Below are positions 25,901 to 36,961 of a DNA stretch of 64,000 nt, piece by piece. How positions within the stretch are numbered: position 1 is the first letter of the stretch; each line of letters begins with the position of its first letter. The stretch comes from Toensbergia leucococca (taxonomy: Eukaryota). The DNA lies in the NCBI GenBank assembly GCA_022813965.1, contig JALDZS010000088.1:1-64000 (forward strand), given 5' to 3'. The notes beneath the pieces are model-generated. The model was given only the letters and a program-made list of their open reading frames with translations, did no database searches and was not told the DNA's origin. The translations under genes and the position numbers were made by a program.

Positions 25901-27072
25901 ATGTATTTGTAGTCTAGTGAAGGAGGGATTACTCGTACGAGTACGGAGAAAGGAATGTCTCGAGTGTGTCACATGTCCTCGCTTAAATAGTATTTAGCTG
26001 GCCCCCTTTTTCGCAAATGCACCAATGGGCGTTCGAGGATGAGAACCTGATAATTGAAAGTTGAATTGCTGTACACAATTACTGATGCCATGCCAACATC
26101 CTCATGCTCTCTTGTCAACGACGATGACGAAATATTGTCAATTGACTTGATAGCTCCCTAACTGTAACTTGCTTGAATATCTTCCTCCTTGAATTACGAA
26201 GTGTGCGCCATCCAGTCGCACCGCATGCTGGCGCCTGCTTTCACAACATTGTAGCTCACGTCTCTCAGTGTGCTGGCCGAGTCAGAGATCGCTTGCCGAA
26301 CCTATGCTGCAAGGGACATCTTGTTTCGAGATGAGATCACTCTGCTTTCAACGGCATTCGCACAATTCCACCGAGTCCACTCTCTTCACCACCATCTATA
26401 AGTAGTGGCATGATTTCACCTCGGTCTCTATGCTTTCTTAGCCACTGTTCATGCTTCTTTTTTTTTGCTTCTTCAAACTCTAGCCATATTATTCGAGAAA
26501 AGCATTTATCAGGAAAAAATCTTATCTATTGATCGAGTGCCTATGCAGACAGTGATATGAATGATGCATCAGACAACCCGACTGGCCATGAACGTCCTCC
26601 TGCATGGTCCAACAAGAAATATCGACGTATTCTTGACGAAATGTTTCTCAAGGTAGTATTGACTTTCCAAGATCCATGCAGAATGGTTCCTGAACAATAT
26701 TCAAGGATGCCCAACGTGATGCTGCCATCGATATCTCTCTCAAAGACTGCCTTTGTGGCGGAGAAGGGGAGAGCCATAACATCCATCGTTTCATCGAACG
26801 AGAATGGTCTTGAGCGTTCAATCGATAAGACTTCATTTCAAAGACAAGCTTTAAAACCCTGCAAAAACAGCTACTCTGGCAAATCGGGTGTTTCAAAAGC
26901 TCAGATGCGATTAAGCAATCCACCGAGGTAGATATGACACCCGCAACTAATCTCGACGTATTACAAGCGAGGGTTGGAGGCCACTTTCAACTATTGGATC
27001 AAGTCAAGTCCTTCGAACATGAGTTTCTCTAGAATTGAGCATCAACCGTCATGCCGACTAGTCAAATAGAAA

Positions 27073-29490
27073 ATGTCAGCTTTCTTGATCGAGGTGCCAC
27101 AGGCAAGCCATCCTCTGATGAGTCCAAGGGACTACTGGCCCCCTTATACTGATAGAGAGCGTCCTCTTATAGAAAGTCTCGAAGATAAGCTTCTGAAAGA
27201 AATCGGCTCTGCCATCGACGGAAAGGCAGCTGACGCCGATTTTGCAAGTGGAGGTCTAATACCCATTGCTAGCTCTACAGGGACGGTAGAGAGTATCGTG
27301 CCTCACTTTCCCCTCTTGGAGCCCCAGAAACGCTTGATAGCTTCGAAAAAAAGCATTTGCATGCACTGAGCAAGATTGCGACGAAGGAAGGGTCTGAGAG
27401 AACGTTGAGGATCTGAAAAGACATGTTCGCGACTCGTACCTGATAGGGATTCAAAAAGCTAGACCAAGCTTCCGTTAGGTACTTAGCAAGAGCTTGCGCT
27501 AGAAATATTAAGGTATGGAACTCCTGGCGTCAATGTATATCTCATTTTGAGCCTGAACACCCTGGAGAAATAACGACAATCTCTTCAAAAGGTTAATCAT
27601 TCCCTCAAACATTTATGTACAATCTAGCTGACATACATAGCTCAGGTCTTGATTATGGATTTACATCCACTTCCAGTGCTGCAGGAGACACATTGAATAA
27701 GCCCACTCTGTTCCCATCTATCATTAAGGTATACGGTGGGAGACTAGTGATCTACTTGTACTTGGGAATATCGAGTTTTTGTTACGTGCAGCTGATGCAG
27801 ACACACTGACTCGGTTGGTGAAAGACTGCGAACCAGCGACGTTCGAGCTGAAGGGATAAGACATTCCGGATGAGTCGTATCGTAAGGCTAGCAAGCTTGA
27901 TAAGTCGGCTTTCATGACAGGTTTCCATCCTCACGATTAAGGTATCGTAGATTCTATTCAATAAGTCTTGCTTCCGACCGCCTCCCAGGACCGATTGCGC
28001 CTCGTTGAAAAATAGCACATCAGAGCTGAGCTGTACAAGTCGAATGTGTGTATGCCAAAAGGGATAATTTGATGGTTTTTCTTAATCTTGAATTTTCTCC
28101 AGACATATTCGGCTCCTCCAGGTAAATTCCAAGCTCACGTTGACACCCCTCGGGGGGCACATCAATTCGGCTCTCTTGTTGTGTTACCTTGTCGACACGA
28201 CGGTATGCTACCCCAAGTACTCAAAGCTAAGATCGAGGGCCACTAGATGGTTTGCAGAACTTTTCTCGTCCAGCACTCGCTGACGAGAGTATGGTGGCTT
28301 GTACAGGAGGTACGTTACTGATCCGACACAAAGGCTTGACTACGAGCTTCTCTTCGGGTCAGCCAGGACAAGAATGAATTCAGTGGGCTGCCTTCTTTGG
28401 CGATTGTGAACACGAGGCGTTGGAGGTAACGAAGGGCCACCGCATCACTCAGACGTATAAATTATACTATTCTGATACGAGTTCCCTTGCCCTAGAAATT
28501 GTGGACCCGAAACAGTCTGCATGTTACGATATGATGAGAGATATGCTTGAGGAGCCGTTTTTCATGACTCGAGGTATGAGTTTTGGCCTGTGTAAGAAGT
28601 TCTAGCAGCACGTCTGATTTAATCATTTAGGAGGATTACTCGGGGTCTTCTGTAGCCACCAGTACGCACGTTCTCGTAATGATGGGCGTCAATGACTCGC
28701 TGGTTCACTCAAAGGAGTGGATCTGGCACTAGACAGTATATTCGAAGCTCTTGGTCTCAAGACTAGCGTGAAAGTAACCTAAGAGCGCCCAGAAAGTGAA
28801 GAGGAAGACTATGAGAATGAAAAGCAAGAGTCTAAGAGCGAAGATTCAGATTGCAACAACGGAGAAATGTTGGGTGCGCTGTATAAATTTCAGCAAATGG
28901 GCCGCAGTAGCAAACATCAATGAAAATTGAATTTGCACTACGAAGGACACACAATGATTCGGCCATCTAAATGAACAGACTTTGAGACTCAACTAGCTCA
29001 AATATCGAGATTAGGAAGATCAGAGGGTTGATGGCGCCCTCAGAGAAGACAATCGCTGATACAAAATTACTTTCTGAATTAACACAAGAAGGTGGTGAAC
29101 GGGGACCCATCCTCGGGGTATGAGAGCCAAGAAAGAGTTTCAACTCCGAGATTTGTTTACAAGCTCTTCTAATGCATGTCAGACTCCGGAATCAGTCTGG
29201 CCACAAAAGATCATCCCAGGTATACGTTTTTTAAACGAGCCGACACATCGGGACTTCGCTGCGGCGCACATTGGCAGTAAGCTGATGACTTGGTCGTCTG
29301 CAAGAGTCCTTTGCCAAGAAATGCTACGTAGTATGGTAATCAGGCAGAGTTGAAATGGCATTCCTCCGCTGCGGCCATTCTCGTCATAGTCCCACCAAGC
29401 TCGGCTAGAGGACCATTCGACAAGTGGGCAAAGAAAATGGCGAAAAAAGCTTCCTCGGGGAAGAAGAGGCTGATTGATCTTACTAATGGC
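27073..29490 (+). pseudogene. 2OG-Fe(II) dioxygenase (prolyl-4-hydroxylase-like) pseudogene
   Basis: Recognisable motifs LVKDCEPATF, DESYRKASKLD, AELYK.NV, GKFQAHVDTPRG..QFGSLVV, QWAAFFGDCEHE.LEVTKGHRIT.TYKLY, LKGVD, YGNQ. In-frame stops at 27857, 27938, 27962, 28013 and 28375. Confidence 0.88.
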
Positions 29491-30099
29491 TAGGAGATGT
29501 CAATGTCAGCGGTAAGTCGGTTCTGCAGAATCCAAAGACGAGGAGCTCAGCAGAGTGTGTAGCTTCGACATGGGAGGGTGCTTTGAGGCGTGAGCCAGTA
29601 AGAATCTTGCAGATCAGCTGGACCTGGATTCATGTTTGGGTTGACGCTCGGGGTACAGCACCTGACTCTCAACGGGCCTGTAAGATAGCATCAATATATT
29701 AAGTCGGTGAAATCAGTATGATTCATAAGCTATTGATGAAAGTAGAGGAATGCTTAGATCATACTCGCCTGGAAAGTGACAGCGATTCCAGCACGCTCAG
29801 ACCCTTTGTAGATTCAAGATTTACGTATCTCAATATTTACAATAGTCCCGATTGAGGATGACCATGATTGTGGGCGGGAGGGTAGTCTAGATCGATGACT
29901 TATAATGTTCCAGAGCTCTCGGTTGCGGTCGTGACCAGCTACTTTATCGAGGACCGATCAATCAATTGAAGCCTGTGCGTAACGGTCAATTGATACCATA
30001 AGCAAAGAGTCATGGCCTGACTCCAGAAGAGTTGTTCCTGTTTCCCCATCATGGTTCGTGGAACACTATTATATACAAGCAATATTACCGCATACAAAC

Positions 30100-30130
30100 G
30101 ATGGTGGTGATGATGATGATGATGATGATG
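30100..30130. repeat. (GAT/GGT)n microsatellite
   Basis: gatggtggtgatgatgatgatgatgatgatg. Confidence 0.9.
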
Positions 30131-31206
30131 GGATGAAGTCTTTAGATCCCACGTGGGTCCTGGGTGTTCTTCCAAGCGAAGTGAAATTGCTCTGTCCAGG
30201 CGTGTCGCTGTGACTGGGGCGGTTTCACATATGCAGATGTCGAATTAAGCTCATGCCGGAGCCAGGCCTTTAGCTCAACCCTGGACCCAATCAGGTGACG
30301 CTTGAATCTCCAGGACTACGAGTACTCCTACCTAAGAAGCTCAACGGTCATCAAAGATCAATATGACAGTTCCATCCTGCAGCTGCGCTTTGACTCGGCA
30401 CTCAAGTAACAAAGGAATCCGTAGCAATATGATGTGACTTTGTTATTCCTGTTGTTGACCCTGGTTCTGTACGGAGTATCTGTAGAAAGTGGAGTGATGA
30501 CGTTGCCTCTAGCCGCTTAAAGTGATACCTCAATCTTACCAGCCATCTCTCTAACCTCATCCCACAGTCCTTCCCGTCACCCGCAAAATCGGAAACAGCA
30601 ACCCCTGAGCCCAGCTGGACGACTGTCGGTGCTATGATACATCGGACCTTCACATTGTGAGGTTCGGTTGACTGCCGAGGATGATACTCTGTCCATATTA
30701 TGAGACGCGTAGCACAGCAACTGTGCCTACGTGGCTTGACGCTCGCTTGACCTTGAATCCCAGCGTCTTTCAAAAGCCAGGCGCCAACAGCAATGGCATT
30801 CGCACGCCTATAGAGAGAGAACATTCTAAAGTGCCAAGTAGCTTTGTTCTACATAGATTAAGTTGGCCAGGGTCAGAAGCAGAGCTCCCCCCTTCCCGCG
30901 CTAGCTGTCAAATCTCTGGGAGATTGAGGGGTCGAGGGGGTTGACCGCTTCCCTTTTCCGATGGAAACCATCTATCTCAACCTTCTTTACCTAAAACCTC
31001 GACATCTTAGTGAGTTGCAGGGAATTCAGGATATTCTGAACATATAATGTTTGGAATGCCCGCCACGCTCTTTTGAACTCTATCACCACACATTCTTTTG
31101 ATACAACACTCGTTTTTCTTATATACACTCCTTTGAAAGGATTGTTTCAGCTTTCGTTTCTATTCAAGTATTTCATCCCGACCATCTCATTTGAATCGTC
31201 AACATC

Positions 31207-32225
31207 ATGTTGTTCAATGTCCTTCTATTGGCTTGTGCCACTCTCGCCAACGCCGCCTGCTCCAATAAAGAATACCACCCTTATCATTCCTCAAGCACTT
31301 TTTCCACCAGTACTTCAGCCAGTTCCTACCTCTCTGCGACTATCAGTCCCTCTACGACAAGCACCGAGGTTGAATCTGCCACTGGCTATTCTTCCAGTGT
31401 CTCATCCTCAACTACCTCACTCTCGAGCAGCGTGCCAGTGTATAGCAGCTCGTCTTCCAGCAGCGTTGCCCCCAGCAGCACAGCAAGCTCCGGCGGTACT
31501 ACATACAAAGCCTCCTTCACAGAGTTCGTCAGCCCCTTTCGATCTACCCACGCTCCTCACTAACACTTTTTCTATAGATACGGCGCAGGAGATACCTATG
31601 GAAGCGGGAATTGCAACACGGCTACAAGTGGTACGTCCTTTCAATATCCCAATAACTGCCCAAATTCTAATATCTAGTAGCTTGCGGGTGGTACTCTAGC
31701 CCCGGATACAATGCCGCAGCTTCCCAGAACCTTTTCGGCGCGGGCCCTGGCGCTGGAGCCGGTCCCGCTTGTGGGACTTGTTGGAGATTGACAGCCTCGA
31801 CCGACTCGTCGGGGAACACACTCCACGGAGCCGCCAGCATCGTAGTTAAAGTCAACAATCTCTGCCCGGCGGCTGGAAACCCATTGTGTGCTCAGACGAG
31901 TCTGACGGACACCAATCAATATGGTACGCTTCAGTCCCAATACTCATATTTATAATTGCGAAACATTCAAAACAGCTCATCCAACTAATAACAAATCACA
32001 GGAGCCAATGTCAACTTCGACACCTGCATCGACGATGGTGCAAGCGCCGCTCTATTTGGTATGTCTTCCAACACCCTCTTCTACTTTCCTCAAAAACAAA
32101 ACTCCTCATCATATAGTCTTAAAACTAACATATATTCACCAGGCTCTTCAGGTGTCGCTCTCGCTATCGGTACCGCCACGGAGGTCTCATGCACTGAGTG
32201 GTCTGGCAGCGCCAACATTGCCTAA
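31207..32225 (+). CDS. Secreted GH45 subfamily-C-like endoglucanase / expansin-like DPBB protein, 5 exons (introns 31524-31577, 31631-31680, 31924-32001, 32059-32142)
   Basis: Signal peptide and Ser/Thr linker. Spliced domain YKASFTEYG..ACGWY..AAASQNLFGAGPGAGAGPACGTCWRLT..IVVKVNNLCPAAGNPLC..TNQYGANVNFDTCIDDG..GTATEVSCTEWSGS aligns by eye with Phanerochaete PcCel45A. TATA-like catataa at about 31041. Confidence 0.88.
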
Positions 32226-32566
32226 AGTATCCTCTCGCAATCCATATCCAAAAGATTACAGGAATCCGATTGAAGAACGCTGTATATATTTCTACCTCGT
32301 ATCCGAACGGGCTTTGGGATGATGGACATATGCTCTCGATTCTTTTCGGTCTACGTGACTATTATGTAAATACAATATTATTTTCGAAATCAACGGGGTC
32401 TGGTGCCACGTTTGCCTATCTTACTGAGGCTAAAATTCTACTTTCAAATGGCATTGGGTACTCGTTTTGGGGAGCTTCTGACGTCAATTCTAGTTGGGCA
32501 TTTATATGGAGCTTGGAGATTCGAGGTTTTTACATTCATGTGGGCCAGCTTAGAGACGAAATATCA

Positions 32567-32604
32567 TCTTCTTCTTCTTCTTCTTCTTCTTCTTCTTCTT
32601 CTTC
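32567..32604. repeat. (TCT)n microsatellite, about 12 copies
   Basis: Perfect tct run. Confidence 0.95.
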
Positions 32605-33324
32605 CTCCCATACCCCACTCCATTTCCCCTCCCTTTTACACACCTCAATCGTACACTCCCCACCACCCCTGCACTTTTCCAATTCTTCATATATTTGGTG
32701 TTAATTTTCTCTGAACCGTATATTGGATCTATGAGGTCAGTTGCGGATTGCACTGTGTCGCGGCACGGATCAACAATGATTCAGGCGGGTCTTCTATTTC
32801 CCTAATGCCAACACACTTCGGTTGCGAAGGTTAGATTCTTGTTTCTATATTATCTATGGCTAGTGCAATGTGCCCTCGTTTGAACGTCAGCTGATATCTA
32901 GATCCTGGTCCCATCTTCGCTTTATTGTCCAGTCTGATGTCGATATGTGATCGGCAAGGATGACACTACTAATGGGAAGAGATTATCTGCACCTCTTGTG
33001 TAGGAAGGCGACCCCCACCTCCGAGGTGGACTGCACCATCCACTTCTCAGTCTTCTCCCTCATGATTTAGCTCTTGCATGACGAACGCTTGTCGATGTGT
33101 TGAAGGATTTCACATGCGTGGCCTCCGCAGGAAACCGATGCATAAGCTCAACCAAGAGGGCTCTATATCATCTCTATACTTAGGTATCCACAACTGAATT
33201 CTTGATAATGGTCAACCAGTGACTGCAAGGTCGTCAGTTACTGAGGATTCAACAGAAACTTCAGATCTCTTACTCATGTTGCAAAACTCTCGAGACTGGA
33301 ACACTTCGACGCAATCTTATGCAC

Positions 33325-33475
33325 ACATATGTCTGTACATGTTTTTGTGTGTGTTTGTGTATACGTGTTTGTATGTATGCCTGTGTGTCTGTGTGTGTAT
33401 GCCTATATTTGTATGTATATGTGTTTGTGGCTGTGGCTGTTTTTGTGTGTCTATGTTTCTGGGTGTCTGTTTTTA
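33325..33475. repeat. Degenerate TG/GT-rich low-complexity tract
   Basis: Imperfect (TG)n and tgta repeats. The Cys/Val-rich ORF 33219-33671 is a by-product. Confidence 0.8.
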
Positions 33476-33858
33476 TATAGAGAATATGAAAACATCTTTA
33501 CTTGAAAAGAGGGTAGGGGATGGAGTTGTGGATGAGAAGAATGACAGGAACATGTTAGGATACTCATACCTCAGGATCGCAGTATTCTGTCTGAATTCAT
33601 CCGTCTCTCACATTCATGGCATCGATGTTCTTCTTATTCCAGCCTTCATACCATTCTACTCAGCTCTATGAAGCCTTGAAGAATGACTTGAGTCATTCAT
33701 CTTTGGGTATTGAGAAGAACTTGGCCACTTCTTAGCACTCTTTGGTATTGTGCTACTATATATATATATACTCATCCTACAAACCTCCTTCAATACCCAC
33801 ACTCTAATTTACCTTCTTTTTTTCATCTCAAAAAACCCCCTAATATTCTCGTTAAGAC

Positions 33859-35253
33859 ATGGCTTTAGGAGTCCCTGAACTTTTATCCATGGTGATCCGG
33901 CACTTGGACGATACAGATCTTTTTGCTTGCATCCAAGTCAACACGTCTTGGTTCGAGGAATCTATTCGATGGCTCTAGGCTTTTGACCCGCCCGTTGCAG
34001 CTCTCGCTACTCTAGAACAAAGCCGGAGTAGACTATACTCGCAGAAGATCCGGTCCCTCCTTCTCATTTGGCCTGAAGAAGATCTGAGCTGGGACCTACC
34101 CATACCGGTGGAAGGCTCGCATTTCAATGCACTAGAGACTCTGAAACTATGGTTTTCTCACAGAGGTATGGAAGCGAAGGTCTTTTTGCAGTTTCTACAG
34201 CCTAGGCTGCGAACATGTACCTTCAGTGGGATGTGCAGAAGTCTTACATCGGATATGATCCTCTCCGCAGTACAGAATCGATGCCCAAGGCTGGAAAGAC
34301 TTGGTCTCCAAAAAGCCCAATTCTTACAAGACTTCTCGAATCCCAACAGACTAGAGAGTGTCCCGGTAAAAGCGTTGCATTCCTTTCTGATCAGTAACAC
34401 GTCGGTGAAAGAACTTTCTTGGCTCCACCAACCGGGACCTTGTATGTCGGACCAACTCTTCCTCGCTTTGGCAGTTCGAGCCTAGCTAATCCGTTCCATT
34501 TCAGATGACTTACCAGCCGACGTCGCATCAACGCCTTGCCCATTCTATAGGCTGGAAAGCTTGGTGCTAAGGTGTGCGGTTGAGATTGAGGACTCATTGT
34601 TCACCACGCTATCCAGCTACTTGCAGAATCTTCGAACTCTGAAGCTAGGAGGGCCCCTACATCCCATCAGTACCATCTTGCCTGGAATATCCCACTTGTC
34701 GAAGCTGAGATACCTGGAAATCGTACTCGGATACACGAGCGACGTCGATCCCGATCATCTGATAGCACTGAGGGCCTGCCGAGAGCTAGAGGTGTTGGAC
34801 ATCAGCATCGATGGCATGGACCAGCGTATCCCTAGCCCACTCCAGGTGACCGACGCACATATCGCTCTTCTCGTCTCTAACCTCCCAAGGCTCCAAGAAC
34901 TCGGACTAGGTATGCCGGGACTGACGTTTGCGTCCATGCGCGCCATAGGGTGGCATTGTCGTTTCATCTGCAGAGTATATATCATATGCGACGCATCCCA
35001 TCTCGCGGCCGTTGATCTGGAGAGCCTGGGCGAGGATGATGGGTGCTTGTTCCCGCATCTTGAAACCCTGCAAATGCACTTTAAGGAAAGACGAATTCAG
35101 TTTTCAAAGGTCAATGGAGTGGAATTGATAGCGGCGGTTCTTCGAAAGCACGCTCCGCGACTGAGAGAATTTGGGTCCAATTCTCCTTTTTTTCAGCACG
35201 TCCTGTGCACGCTCGATGTGTCGAGGAGTAGTGGCCCAGAGACGTGGTCATGA
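33859..35253 (+). pseudogene. F-box/leucine-rich-repeat (RNI-like) gene with two in-frame TAG codons
   Basis: N-terminal F-box-like ALGVPELLSMVIRHL...LFACIQVNTSWFEESIRWL. LRR-like units (CPRLERLGL, LQNLRTLKL, CRELEVLDI, LPRLQELGL, FPHLETLQM, APRLREF). One continuous frame interrupted only by TAG 33976-33978 and TAG 34483-34485. Confidence 0.8.
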
Positions 35254-35410
35254 GAAGGTGGTACAAATGCTGTTATATGCTGGGACTTATACCAATGCAG
35301 AAGGAGGACAGTATGGCAACCCACTACAGGCAGCATCAGCACGTGGCCATGAGAAGGTGGTACAAATGCTGTTAGATGCTGGGGCTGATGCCAATGCAGA
35401 AGGAGGAAGG
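35241..35410 (+). repeat. About 1.7 copies of a 99-bp ankyrin-repeat-coding unit (NLR-type ANK fragment)
   Basis: RGHEKVVQMLLYAGTYTNAEGGQYGNPLQAASARGHEKVVQMLLDAGADANAEGG. Nucleotide copies start at 35242 and 35341 and are near-identical. Confidence 0.88.
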
Positions 35411-35749
35411 TTATATACGTAAAGATGCCCAGAGGCATAAGAAGGGTCGAGGAGAAGTAGGCCCAGCCAACAACCACCAAGCCTTGCCAGCCTCGAATTC
35501 TGTGTACCGAATCGCTTTTTCTCCACATATAGATTCTCATCAACAGATTTTAAAATTATCTCACAACCAGCTTGTAACGAAAGATTTACCTTTGCCACCA
35601 CCGCCAACCAACCCATATAGCACGCACTCACGTTTCATTCCAAATGCCCAGCCATCGGCCAGCACCAAGTTTTCACAGTCAGAATATAACGATCAATCAC
35701 ACAAGAACACACTTGAATAACACAACCGCTAGACAAATATAAACCCACA

Positions 35750-36960
35750 GTCCGCAGCAAAACACACACATACGCCTTCCCACATCATCTCTCACAAGCA
35801 ACAGCCCACAAAAAAAAAACCCACCAAACCCAACCCCCGCCCCTCGTTTGAAGGGCCTCTGACACATTTTTCCCAGCGATATATCAAAAGGAACGGATCG
35901 TAAATAGAAAAGGACCAGTCGCAGTCATATATCAAAAACAACCAGCTGCCAGTAAACATACACACACACAAAAATTCGGAGATTAGATGAAAATCATATG
36001 AACAGCTTCCTCAAGGTCAAAAGCCGTAGGTACATACATAGCTTGAGCCGACTCCAACCCCAGCGCCCCATAAATCTCCCATTTCCCACCAAAAAACCGC
36101 CCCCTAAACCCATCAGTCCCCAACTTCCCCCCCCCACCAAAAAAAAAAAAAAAAAAAAATCATCCTACCACTCCCAAAGGAACCCCCCCCAAAAAAAGGC
36201 ATGCTTAACGCCCCTCCCCCTTTTCTATGTTTTTCTCCTCTCCATGTCCCGACAGGAAACCACCCCGCCCCCACTCCACGTATAAAAGGTCGATCCCCCT
36301 ATACATCTCAAATTCGTCACAAACCTTCCTCTCAGCACCCAGCTCCCACCTCCCTCTCAGCACCCAGCTCCCAGCTCCCTCTCAACACCCACCCACCACC
36401 CTCTCAACGCCCACCTCCCCCCCCCCACCAACCCCCCTTCCCCACCATAAAATCCCCATCAGTCCCCACAACACCGTCCCCACATCTACAAAATCCTTAG
36501 TAATCCACCCCCATTTAGAAGGACCGCCTATCCAACCAAGAGCGCTCCTCAAAAAAGAAGAAGAAGAAGAAAGAAAAAGAAGAAGAAAGAAAAAGAAGAA
36601 GAAAGAAAAAGAATAAAAAAAAAGTAAAAAGCGGGGTTCCGAAAAAATAAACAATCTCATAAAAAGAAAGCCCAAGTCTGAGTTCTGACATTAGAAACGG
36701 CGTGGGGATTTAACAGAAAAAATGAAACAAGGAAGATTGTGTCTCTTTCTCCTGGACCGAAGGAAAGAATGGTGAAGAAGTGGGGAATTTGCTATTGGAC
36801 GAACGGAGAGGATGAATGATGCAATACCTAGATAATCCATTTAATAAATACAGCCTCTACGAACCAACCCATCACAACTACCACTCCCCTTTTCTATCCT
36901 ATATCACCATCAACTCTCTCCAACGAAATCCCTCTATCCAACCCCCTCCCCACCCCAAAA
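35750..36960. repeat. Low-complexity C/A-rich region: poly-C, poly-A, a GAA tract and a short tandem repeat
   Basis: Long A run at about 36139-36159, C runs, CTCTCAGCACCCAGCTCCCA x2 (about 36329-36373) and a purine-only GAA/AAA tract at about 36551-36613. Confidence 0.85.
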
Positions 36961-36961
36961 A

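Noticed and set aside
29939..30175. Poly-His ORF on the minus strand
   Set aside because: By-product of a (GAT)n microsatellite, with no other coding signal.
15200..30900. Intact Starship or DNA transposon
   Set aside because: No tyrosine recombinase or DDE transposase motifs, TIRs or convincing termini recognised.
33219..33671. Cys/Val-rich 150-aa ORF
   Set aside because: Translation of a TG-rich low-complexity tract.
35998..36675. Pro-, Lys- and Phe-rich ORFs on both strands
   Set aside because: Arise from homopolymer and GAA tracts.
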